Origin: a virus
Length of the DNA: 64,000 bases
Strand: one strand, 5' to 3'
Virus record (IMG/VR): IMGVR_UViG_3300041407_000075
Span: 1 to 64,000 of that record
Shown: positions 50,737 through 59,157 of the stretch, one piece after another
Layout of the letters: every line of letters begins with the position of its first letter
Numbering within the stretch: position 1 is the stretch's first letter
Notes under the pieces: model-generated
Databases searched by the model: none
Told to the model about the DNA's origin: nothing
What the model saw: the letters and a program-made list of their open reading frames with translations, nothing else
Program-made: the position numbers and the translations under genes

Positions 50737-51003
50737 TTGGAGCTTAAAATGATCGTAGAAATCAAAGCTGTATTGGAATCTCTGAAAGTAGAAGGTGTAC
50801 ACAATGAAGCACTGATGGATTGTCTAGCTTATTCAAACCTGCCTGTCAGCACATTGGAAGGGTTCCTAGACAGCCACCTGTGGTTTGCTGAGGATGCTGA
50901 TTTCGATACAGCTTATCCTACAGATGAGGCTAAATCTTATGTTATCAGCCTTGGAAGTATTGAGCAAGTGCTTGTAAATCAAGGGCTTATCTATAACGAT
51001 TGA
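50737..51003 (+). CDS. acidic hypothetical protein
   Basis: SD GGAG before internal ATG at 50749. Confidence 0.55.
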   Translation: MELKMIVEIKAVLESLKVEGVHNEALMDCLAYSNLPVSTLEGFLDSHLWFAEDADFDTAYPTDEAKSYVISLGSIEQVLVNQGLIYND

Positions 51004-51042
51004 TAGGTTTGAAATAATTTGATTTATTTTGACTCAGAGAGC

Positions 51043-51071
51043 TTGACACCATGATCAGGCTCGCTTACTAT
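51043..51071 (+). promoter_or_regulatory. sigma70 promoter
   Basis: TTGACA-17bp-TACTAT with AT-rich upstream element. Confidence 0.75.
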
Positions 51072-51181
51072 TAAGTCACAGAAGGGAGATGTTGAAGAAG
51101 GCAAACAAGCAGTAGCCATCTTGAAGAGCATGGAGACAAGCACACAGGAACAATCCTTTGTGTTCTTTCTAAATTCTTAGG

Positions 51182-51397
51182 GTGATTATCATGGCAGTCA
51201 CACAGATCAAAAGCACTTTCAGCACAATCAATCCAGGCAAAGTCCGCCGTGTGTTTAACGATAGTGGGTTGTTCCTTGGGACGATTACTAAACTTGACAA
51301 CAATCAAGGCTACTCAGTGTTCCGTCTCAAAGATGGAAAGCGCAGAATCAAACGGTATTTGGCCGATGCATTCAAGACTATCCGGCGCGAAAATTGA
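51182..51397 (+). CDS. basic hypothetical protein
   Basis: Follows promoter; probable ATG at 51191. Confidence 0.55.
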   Translation: MIIMAVTQIKSTFSTINPGKVRRVFNDSGLFLGTITKLDNNQGYSVFRLKDGKRRIKRYLADAFKTIRREN

Positions 51398-51407
51398 GGG
51401 TGAGACT

Positions 51408-51818
51408 ATGATTAATGTCAAAGGCTACTTAGTGGAAAGAGATAATCGTTCACTATTCATCCGGGATATTAACGAGGCTTCATGGGCGTTGGAGGATAGT
51501 GAATACACAGTAACACCGTTGGTTGCAATGAAGTCAGCAGATGTATATGAACAGTTTATAGTGGCAGATCCGAAGGAAGAATCCCCCAGCCTTCCAAGTA
51601 CAGATGATACAGCGGAGCGTATTGAGTTAATGAATGAGCTGTTTGATTTGCAACAGGCTGAAATTGACTTCCTCAAGAATAGGTTAGAGGAGTTTGTTGA
51701 GGTGGTGGAAGGGATCGTTGAGCTAACAGAAGTGATTAGTCAAAGTAGCATAGAGAATCGGAGCAAACTCATCGTTATAGGTGATAGCTGCAAAGCTGTC
51801 CTAAATCCTAGTGAATAG
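51408..51818 (+). CDS. hypothetical protein
   Basis: Probable start MINVKGY after SD GAGG. Confidence 0.55.
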   Translation: MINVKGYLVERDNRSLFIRDINEASWALEDSEYTVTPLVAMKSADVYEQFIVADPKEESPSLPSTDDTAERIELMNELFDLQQAEIDFLKNRLEEFVEVVEGIVELTEVISQSSIENRSKLIVIGDSCKAVLNPSE

Positions 51819-51834
51819 CTGAAAGTACTACCTC

Positions 51835-51862
51835 AATCCCTCCTAACCCGAGGGATTTTTCT
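51835..51862 (+). terminator. intrinsic terminator
   Basis: AATCCCTC-CTAACCC-GAGGGATT then TTTCT. Confidence 0.75.
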
Positions 51863-51893
51863 TGTCTATCTGAAAATAAATTGAAAATTCTTG

Positions 51894-51922
51894 TTGACAT
51901 GATTGTGCTGTGGGCCTAGTAT
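51894..51922 (+). promoter_or_regulatory. sigma70 promoter
   Basis: TTGACA-17bp-TAGTAT with AT-rich upstream element. Confidence 0.75.
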
Positions 51923-52258
51923 GCAGGTATAGAAACCAAACACAGCAAAAGGTGATCGAGATGAACATCCAACAAAAGCAACTCACCCCAGAATTTTCAG
52001 AAGGCTGGACTACTCGTGTTGAGCATAAAATGTTGTCGGTTTGCCCTTATGCTAAAGATACTTTAGAAGCCAGGCTCTGGTGCTATGGCTGGTATGAAGC
52101 TTCTCGTGATCCAGCTTTAATTTCTGAAGAGATGGGAGAGAGGGAATGAACATTACTGACTTTATATGTGAAGTGATTTTCTGGATGATCGTGACTACGC
52201 TGACATCTGTGCTGGTTGCCTCAGTGCTCACAGGAGTTAAATAAAATGAAAATAGGTA

Positions 52259-52287
52259 TTGACAGGACTTTCTGACTACCTTAGAAT
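52259..52287 (+). promoter_or_regulatory. sigma70 promoter
   Basis: TTGACA-17bp-TAGAAT with A-rich upstream element. Confidence 0.8.
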
Positions 52288-52334
52288 ATCTACATAGGAA
52301 GCAGAAAGCTTCTAAACGAACAGGAGCGACAACC

Positions 52335-52505
52335 ATGAACATGTCCCAACTCAAAGCCCGTGTAGAAGCAGCCCTCAAAGCTGGCATCCTTTCTAACGAA
52401 CAAGCTGTAGCCGCCTATGCAGCTTTGTCTTCCAAGACTCACTACGGTGCTTCGGCAAGCAATGCCACTCGTGATCGTATGTTGACTAATCGGTTTGGGG
52501 TGTGA
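52335..52505 (+). CDS. hypothetical early protein (56 aa)
   Basis: SD AGGAG; MNMSQLKARVEAALKAG...; biased codons. Confidence 0.6.
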   Translation: MNMSQLKARVEAALKAGILSNEQAVAAYAALSSKTHYGASASNATRDRMLTNRFGV

Positions 52506-53312
52506 CCATCAAAAAGCTTATAGGCCAACTCATACCCGGTGACAAGGTATTCGTTCGAGTAGGTGGCAGCAAATTCAAATCAGCTTGCGAAGTTAGGGAG
52601 ATGACCTTTAACAACATAGGCGAGGAGAATGAAACAGCCACTATACTTTTTGATGATGGGACTGAGCAGTGGCTACAGAATTGGTATACAACTGAATTGA
52701 TTGAGGTGATATAGTGAGTAATTTTAAAGGTTCGGTAAGTATAAGTCGTAACAGTAACGATCAAGTGAACATCCGAATTCACGATAGTGCATCTGGTGCT
52801 GAATTTGTAGACATACAGATTACACTTGAAAACTACGCGCTGCTAATTACTGGCCTTAGTCGTGTAGAGGCTACAGGTGATGTTCGTGGTCTTGATAAGG
52901 TAGGCAAGCAAAAAGTAATTGAACAACGTTCTGTAGTTTGCCCACTAGACGGCTGGGATAAGAAGGTCTTTAGACACTGGCTTATCGAAAACTGTCAGGA
53001 AGAAGGTTGGGAGTTGAACAGCTACCTTGACAGTCAAACGAGTGTCAGTAATAATAAAGATGGGACCAAGACTCTGAACTATTCAGTCGTTAGATATGTG
53101 GAGGATGCATCATGAGTACCGTAATGTGTATGTGTAAGACTTGCGGAGTGAAACCCGGTATTCGTACTGGCCTAGGTGGGCTAGGACACTTCTTTAACTG
53201 CATTCTGTGTATCTTGACAGGAATTCTGTGGTTGCCAGTGTATCTGCTGATATGGGCAGTATCCTATAAAACACAGTGTATGAATTGTGGTCGTCTCGCT
53301 AAGAAGATGTAA
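52502..53312 (+). other. three coupled hypothetical ORFs (52502-52714, 52714-53115, 53112-53312; the last has CxxC-TM-CxxC)
   Basis: Overlapping stop/start codons. Confidence 0.6.
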
Positions 53313-53333
53313 AAACATAGAAATAAACACTAC

Positions 53334-53369
53334 GCCCCGCTTGACGGGGCTTCTTCATGCCTATAGAAT
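53334..53369 (+). promoter_or_regulatory. hairpin overlapping a sigma70 promoter
   Basis: GCCCCG-CTTGA-CGGGGC-TTCTT; TTGACG-17bp-TAGAAT. Confidence 0.7.
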
Positions 53370-53396
53370 TACCCTAACGAAACGAACAAAGCTTAG

Positions 53397-54119
53397 GTGA
53401 ACATCATGTGGAAAGGTCAAGGTAGGTCAGGTTACGGTGAATCCTCAACAGGTGGTGATTACGACGATTGGTCTTGCCTTTCCCGTAATGGTCGCCAGTG
53501 GAAGAACCCAGCCACCATGCTCACTCGTGACCTTTCCGGTGCTGACTACTGGCATATCCGTAAACAAATGACAGACAGCTATGATGTTCCATTAGAAGTG
53601 TATGCTGAGAACGACACTGTGAACTTGGCTCATACACTGCCGAACGGAAAAGCTAACTTATTGGCTTATGCTGATAAGGCACCAGTTGTCAAGCCTAAAG
53701 TCAGTATCAAAGATAAGATCTTACCACAAGCCAAACGCTTGACAATTCTTCGTGAACAGATGGTGGAACTGGAAAAATCCTATCGTAATGATGAGATGTC
53801 AATCTCTGAGTATAGTCTTCTTCGTGATGTGATTGTGGCTAAGATCGAACGTCAGGAAGTGTTGCTGAAGAAGGCTGTAAGTGTCCGTCCAATTCGTACA
53901 GAAACAGAGGAAGTTGGCGTAGAAACTGCCTATGAAACGTGTGATGTAGACTACAGCCACACAGAGGTAGCCACTAGCTGTGGAGTGAGCTGGATCGATG
54001 AATTATCCCCAAGCAATTCCTTTAAAAAGATTTTGCAAATCACTTGCACGGTAGCCGTAAAGCTTGTACACTTTAGTCAAAGGGCAAAAGCCTACTACCA
54101 AACGTTGAAAGAGGTGTGA
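53397..54119 (+). CDS. hypothetical protein
   Basis: 240-aa ORF after promoter; probable ATG at 53406. Confidence 0.7.
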   Translation: MNIMWKGQGRSGYGESSTGGDYDDWSCLSRNGRQWKNPATMLTRDLSGADYWHIRKQMTDSYDVPLEVYAENDTVNLAHTLPNGKANLLAYADKAPVVKPKVSIKDKILPQAKRLTILREQMVELEKSYRNDEMSISEYSLLRDVIVAKIERQEVLLKKAVSVRPIRTETEEVGVETAYETCDVDYSHTEVATSCGVSWIDELSPSNSFKKILQITCTVAVKLVHFSQRAKAYYQTLKEV

Positions 54120-54120
54120 C

Positions 54121-54330
54121 ATGGATATCTTCGAACAGTACGAAAGAGAGTTGTCGGAAAAGGCACGCAAGGAGATTGCTGAAGAAGACGCCAAGTGGAC
54201 TGCTTTGACCCAGGAGGAGAAAGACAAGATCAACAAAGCCCGTGAAGACAAGTACGCAAATGTACCTGACGAAGAGCCTGACCTTGATAGTGATGACTAC
54301 GAAGAAGACGATGAGGAGGAAGATGAATGA
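54121..54330 (+). CDS. highly acidic small protein
   Basis: SD GAGG; C-terminal DEEPDLDSDDYEEDDEEEDE. Confidence 0.65.
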   Translation: MDIFEQYERELSEKARKEIAEEDAKWTALTQEEKDKINKAREDKYANVPDEEPDLDSDDYEEDDEEEDE

Positions 54331-54493
54331 CGACTCAACAATCAGCATTCCAACAAGCCTACACCTTTATTTCCCAAGGTGTAGCTGCTAAACTTTATCG
54401 TGAGCAAGGGCAATGGGTCTGTCTTCCTACGTCAGACACTCCATGTGTTCCAATGTATAATACAAAACAGATGATTGAATTGGAGATGTTGAA

Positions 54494-55516
54494 ATGAAAT
54501 ATAATCCTATTGTAACAATGACGAAACGTGATGCTAAAATTGCTGTTTGGGTGAACATGCCTTCTGGTGATAAATACAACATATGGGATCTGGAAGATAA
54601 GGAATGTTCTGTTACCGTTATAAATGCAATAGCCTCCGCTTTTGAGCGTGGAATGCTCGCTCAAAAACAAATGATCAATCAAGCTATGCAAACATCCTTT
54701 CCTTCTGTAAATACTAAAGTAGAAACCAAATGAACACTTACACACAAGAATCATTCCAGAAATATGAACGCAAATCTTCTAAGCGTAAGTGTGCAGACCA
54801 CTATGACACAGGTGGTAAAGACAAGAAGCGAGGCTATAGCACTGAGAGAAATCTTAAACGGAATTGGGAGCAAGAAACATGAAGATTAATATGTCAAGTG
54901 GTGGTACTGCTAAATGGTTTGCTGTGACTGTAGCTTCTAGTGATAAGAGTCAGTTGAGCGACAAAGGCTCAAAGTTCAATCAGCTTGTAGATCATCCAGA
55001 TTGGAATCCCGATAACATCGACTTCAAGATTGTTATGAACGGTATTGAGTTTGAGAACCTAGACGATATCTTTCGTCGTCTGGATGAACACATTGAAAAG
55101 GAAGCACAAGAGAAGGCTGAACAGAATCCATTACTTCTTGCAAAGCTCTATGCAATCCAAGGTATTATTAATGCACAGTCTGTTGAAGAAATCACAGGTG
55201 AATGGGAATGAGCTATCTTGAGGGCACCAAATACAAGCTCCAAGCCGATTACTACGAACACATCACTCTTACTTGCACATGGGTGACGTACACAACAGCT
55301 TACTTCAAGCTAGACAGTGATGATATGAGCCTAGGAAGTGACTATAGGTTAGACATCAAGGCTAAGCGCTTACACAAATGGAATAGTAAGTGTATGACTT
55401 GGGATTTGATCGAAAACACCCTCTCCGAACACACTGCTGACGACGTATGGAGCAGACGGATAGGGAATGGTGGTGGGGATGATTATTATAGTGGATGTGG
55501 GCAGGACCAGCTATAA
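54494..55516 (+). other. hypothetical early ORFs (54494-54733, ~54879-55211, ~55208-55516)
   Basis: SD-led ORFs without recognisable motifs. Confidence 0.55.
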
Positions 55517-55578
55517 ACAGAATACGAACTAAACAATAAGCCCATTAACTTGGGCTTTAATCTATTGAGGAGAAATTA

Positions 55579-56259
55579 ATGAAACAACTTAAATTTATTC
55601 ACGGTGTTGGTATCAACGATGCAGACTACCCTGTAACACAAAACAAAGTCGTTGATGGAAAACAAGTTCAGATTTGGATTTGTCCGTTTTATGCAAGGTG
55701 GCGGGCTATGTTCAAAAGGGCTTATTCCGAAGCTTACCAGTCTCTGTACACCACATATGTGGGTTGTTCGGTTTGTCCTGAATGGATTTACTTTACTAAT
55801 TTCAAAAGCTGGATGGAGACACAAGATTGGGAAGGTAAACAACTTGATAAAGATTTGTTGGTTAAAAGCAACAAGATTTATAGTCCTGAGACTTGCGTGT
55901 TTATTGAGCAGAAGATCAACAAATTCATGTCAGAAAAACCTAATAAGGTTCGAGAACTGCCTACAGGTGTTTCTTGGGATAAAAAGGCCAGCGCATATAG
56001 GGCTCAGTGTATCTCAGTCGAAACGGGCAAACAGACCAATCTAGGATGGTTTGATTCCCCCGATACGGCACACAAAGCATGGCTGGCTTTCAAGCTAGAG
56101 CAAGCACATGCACTGGCATTCACCCAATCAGATAAGCGTATCGCAAAAGCTTTGATTGAACGATACGAAAATTATTCAAAAATAGATGAGATAATTGTTG
56201 ACCATAGCCCTGAATTAACCTATTATTCACTTACTAAAGAGAATCAACAGAAGGAATAA
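55579..56259 (+). CDS. HNH-type homing endonuclease
   Basis: GVGINDADY, CPFYARW, GCSVCPEW..F.NFK.W, LDKDLL..NKIYSPETC, LPTGV. Confidence 0.85.
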   Translation: MKQLKFIHGVGINDADYPVTQNKVVDGKQVQIWICPFYARWRAMFKRAYSEAYQSLYTTYVGCSVCPEWIYFTNFKSWMETQDWEGKQLDKDLLVKSNKIYSPETCVFIEQKINKFMSEKPNKVRELPTGVSWDKKASAYRAQCISVETGKQTNLGWFDSPDTAHKAWLAFKLEQAHALAFTQSDKRIAKALIERYENYSKIDEIIVDHSPELTYYSLTKENQQKE

Positions 56260-56396
56260 AGAGATGAATTATTGCGAACGCTACACAGAATCCCAAGCAA
56301 TCGAATTGGTAGCAGAGTTGAAAGGTGAAGGCTACAAAGCCTACTTCACTAAGAACAATTCCGACTCTTTCACTGTTCAATATTGGAGCTAAGACT

Positions 56397-56608
56397 ATGT
56401 TTACCACTATCTTGTACGTATCGCTTTGCTTCTCTAACGTTGACTGTGTAGCCTACGAACCACAAACGTGGAAAACTAATTCTTTAGCTGAACTGAACTG
56501 AACAAAGATATTGAAGCTTGTGCTAAAGAAGAACGTAAATACCTGTCTAATGTTATTGGAACGTATAAAGAATCTGACTGCTACGTAGTAGAAAATAAAT
56601 CAAAATAA
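56397..56608 (+). pseudogene. small exported-type protein gene interrupted by a 5-bp duplication
   Basis: CTGAA x3 at 56488-56502 gives TGA at 56499; removing one unit restores a 68-aa ORF with 4 Cys and a hydrophobic N-terminus. Confidence 0.6.
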
Positions 56609-56611
56609 TGT

Positions 56612-56640
56612 TTGCAAAAGCTTTGTACAAGGTCTAGAAT
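56612..56640 (+). promoter_or_regulatory. sigma70 promoter
   Basis: TTGCAA-17bp-TAGAAT with A-rich upstream element. Confidence 0.65.
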
Positions 56641-56675
56641 TACCTTAATGAAACAAACATACAGGGGCTCAGAAA

Positions 56676-56924
56676 ATGACCATTCAAACCAAAGACTTCT
56701 CCTACTTCGATCAAGGTCTGTTCACTATGTTCATTCCTAACACTAAAGAGGCTGAACAGGCTTGGAATGAAATGGCTTCGACCACTGATGGTACTGGCAA
56801 GGTGCCAACTGTACAGGCTAAGCAGTTTATTTATCAACTGAAGAAAGCAGGTTATACAGTATCAAAAGGTAAGAAGCCTTCTATCTCGATTGATGACATT
56901 CTTCTTGACGAACTGTTCAACTAA
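56676..56924 (+). CDS. hypothetical early protein
   Basis: Follows promoter; biased codons. Confidence 0.65.
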   Translation: MTIQTKDFSYFDQGLFTMFIPNTKEAEQAWNEMASTTDGTGKVPTVQAKQFIYQLKKAGYTVSKGKKPSISIDDILLDELFN

Positions 56925-57106
56925 GGAATACAGCCATGATCATCTCCCTGATAGCTTTCTACAAAATCTTCCTTCAAGACAGCCAACCAACTAAAAATAA
57001 GCCTATATACCACAAGACGTGGAAAGACGAAGTGGAAGGCTATCCAGCGTCTAGCTATGCTAAGAGCTTGGAGATGGTTGTTCATTAATTTATTGCAGCC
57101 CATTCT

Positions 57107-57160
57107 TACCCTGGTTGCCTGGATAAGAAGATGAACCAGGATGCCTAGGCAACCAGGGTA
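57107..57160. repeat. perfect 14-bp inverted repeat
   Basis: TACCCTGGTTGCCT (57107-57120) / AGGCAACCAGGGTA (57147-57160), 26-nt spacer. Confidence 0.9.
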
Positions 57161-57205
57161 CACCTACCAGGGTGAAAATATCTTTATTTTCTTTTGAAAA
57201 TTCTC

Positions 57206-57233
57206 TTGACCTGTCCCACCAGGGTGCTACACT
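57206..57233 (+). promoter_or_regulatory. sigma70 promoter with CCAGG in the spacer
   Basis: TTGACC-16bp-TACACT with extended -10 TG; AT-rich upstream element. Confidence 0.7.
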
Positions 57234-57288
57234 ACAGACATGAAAGGGAAGAAGTGGAATCCTCCACACCCTCTCCAGGAGATTCAAA

Positions 57289-57837
57289 ATGTCGAATGTA
57301 GCCGTTTCTTTCGCCTCCCTGGTTAAATCCAACAACGGTATGTTCAAGTCTGAAGCTCAGGCTAAATTCCTTCTGTCTCAATGCCAGGAAGAAAACACCT
57401 TTGTTTGCGGCGGCAACGTCTACAACAACTCTTTCACAATTTTCTACATCTGTGACTCCCTGGGTGTTGTTAAGGTTGAAAAATACCTTCCTAAATCCGG
57501 TAAAACTACCACTACCTGGGAACGTCTGACTGCTGATCAATTCCAAGCAAGCCAGGAAGCTAAAGCGACCTCTAAAGCTCGTGACATCGCTTTGCAAGAA
57601 GCCTCGGTTGCTAAGTGGCAAGTCCGCCAGGACGCATTCAACAATGCGCTGGCAGTGGCAAAGTCTTACATTAAACAAGTTATGATTGAAACTGGTTGCC
57701 CTGAAGCAACTGCTCAACGTGCTGTTGATAGCATCATGAACAACCAGGACGACATTAACAACAGCATGGAAACCCTGGTTAAATCTTCTGAGTTTGTTAA
57801 AGCCTGGGAGGTATACAACAACGAACCAGGAGTGTAA
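57289..57837 (+). CDS. hypothetical early protein carrying 10 CCWGG sites
   Basis: 182 aa; own promoter, SD AGGAG and terminator; high-expression codon usage. Confidence 0.85.
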   Translation: MSNVAVSFASLVKSNNGMFKSEAQAKFLLSQCQEENTFVCGGNVYNNSFTIFYICDSLGVVKVEKYLPKSGKTTTTWERLTADQFQASQEAKATSKARDIALQEASVAKWQVRQDAFNNALAVAKSYIKQVMIETGCPEATAQRAVDSIMNNQDDINNSMETLVKSSEFVKAWEVYNNEPGV

Positions 57838-57858
57838 AAGCTTCCTGAAGAGTCCTAG

Positions 57859-57878
57859 AAGCCCCGTGAGGGGCTTTA
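57859..57878 (+). terminator. intrinsic terminator
   Basis: AAGCCCC-GTGA-GGGGCTT-T. Confidence 0.7.
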
Positions 57879-57966
57879 ATTGTTTATAGGGTATGAGAAT
57901 GTCTATTCCAGGTAAATTAACCTTCCAGGGGCTACCAGGGACAGTGAACAATTTAAAAGAAATACC

Positions 57967-57995
57967 TTTACCTGGTAATTTTCAAAGTCTATAAT
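57967..57995 (+). promoter_or_regulatory. sigma70 promoter with CCTGG overlapping the -35 box
   Basis: TTTACC-17bp-TATAAT. Confidence 0.7.
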
Positions 57996-58021
57996 CTATA
58001 AACAAACCAGGAGCAGACACC

Positions 58022-58186
58022 ATGAATTATGAAGAAAAGCCCATCATCATCCCTTTCCTTAAAGTGATCAATGGTATTCAATTAGTGATGTGGGACTACT
58101 CAGAGCGTGCTGAGATCTATGAGCAGTTTATTATGATGAGCGAGGACTATGCTGAGTACACGCCAGTCCGATTCGAAGCTTTGTGA
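58022..58186 (+). CDS. hypothetical protein (54 aa)
   Basis: SD AGGAG overlapping CCAGG; MNYEEKPIII...FEAL*. Confidence 0.55.
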   Translation: MNYEEKPIIIPFLKVINGIQLVMWDYSERAEIYEQFIMMSEDYAEYTPVRFEAL

Positions 58187-58267
58187 GAATGGATGGATAC
58201 AGGCAAAGCCTGAATATCCTGTTAGGTTTGAGAAGCTTTAATTAATTACGCTCGGAGTATAATAGAG

Positions 58268-58456
58268 ATGACTAATAAAGAATTTGACACTTGGTTTTCT
58301 TCATTGACTGACACAGATAAACTGAAGATACTCAGTGAGCAGTGTCAAAGTATCACTTCGATGAAAGGAGACACTTATGTGACTTTCGGTTGCAAATGGA
58401 ACTTAGATTCATTCATTTATCAAGTGATGTATGAGGAGAAAACAGGAAGAGAGTAA
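58268..58456 (+). CDS. hypothetical protein
   Basis: SD GGAG; last rightward gene before the non-coding gap. Confidence 0.55.
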   Translation: MTNKEFDTWFSSLTDTDKLKILSEQCQSITSMKGDTYVTFGCKWNLDSFIYQVMYEEKTGRE

Positions 58457-59157
58457 GATATGCACTAATGCATAAATAATCAATCTAGCAGGGAATTATA
58501 AGCCACTCAAATGAGTGGCTTAATGTTATCAAGAGTATTAATACAACACCTTCCAAGTATCCTTTCTGTTGATACTAACAAATCCCCTCAAAGCCTTGTC
58601 CAATCTAGTCTTAATGACTACACAAACTACACTCATTAGTCTACTTTCTAGGCATGTACAGTATTATCTAAGTAGTCTCATATGTTAAGCCTGATACCAT
58701 TTCCCTCCAACTTTCCTCCTGCACCAATTCCTTTCCACCCATCCTAACCACCATCTCTTAGCAATTTATTGCGTATCCTTTCACACAATCCTCATAATAC
58801 ATTGACATAAGCTAGTGAAGTGTGCTAGTTGTGCAACATAGATTATTATGGTTGACATATGTGGTCTGTTCAGGGTGACTAGGTGTTTAGAGTAGTTGCT
58901 CCATTGAACATAACGTTAAAATCTATGCACACCAAGCAAGCTATCTTGTTACATCCACCTGTCAGAGTTTATGTCAAGGGTAATATCTTCAGAGGTATTG
59001 ACCAGATGATTGGGCAGGTAGTTGGCATGATCTTTGTTGCAATATTTTGTTATTTAAGAATGATTCGTATTGGGTGAGTCCTTAAGGCGTTAAGCTAATC
59101 TGATACCGCGCCAGTGTTTTCAAGGCTTTCAGACCTATTCCATATTTTCTTACAGAC

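Larger units (their letters stand above)
57110..58011. repeat. island of 22 CCWGG sites
   Basis: Counted by eye at 57110, 57118, 57136, 57153, 57167, 57219, 57275, 57318, 57384, 57459, 57515, 57552, 57627, 57744, 57774, 57803, 57826, 57908, 57925, 57935, 57971, 58007. Confidence 0.92.

Noticed and set aside
51072-51190. tRNA or other structured RNA after the promoter at 51043
   Set aside because: No cloverleaf, T-loop or CCA end; I saw no tRNA gene anywhere in the window
57232-57951. 239-aa antisense ORF over the island gene
   Set aside because: Shadow frame of a codon-biased gene; promoter, SD and terminator all support the plus-strand gene
57107-58011. CRISPR array or tandem repeat explanation for the CCWGG cluster
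   Set aside because: Only a 5-7 bp core is shared, spacing is irregular, and many sites sit in coding sequence
58883-59077. 64-aa ORF in the convergence gap
   Set aside because: GTG start without a convincing SD and atypical composition; treated as non-coding
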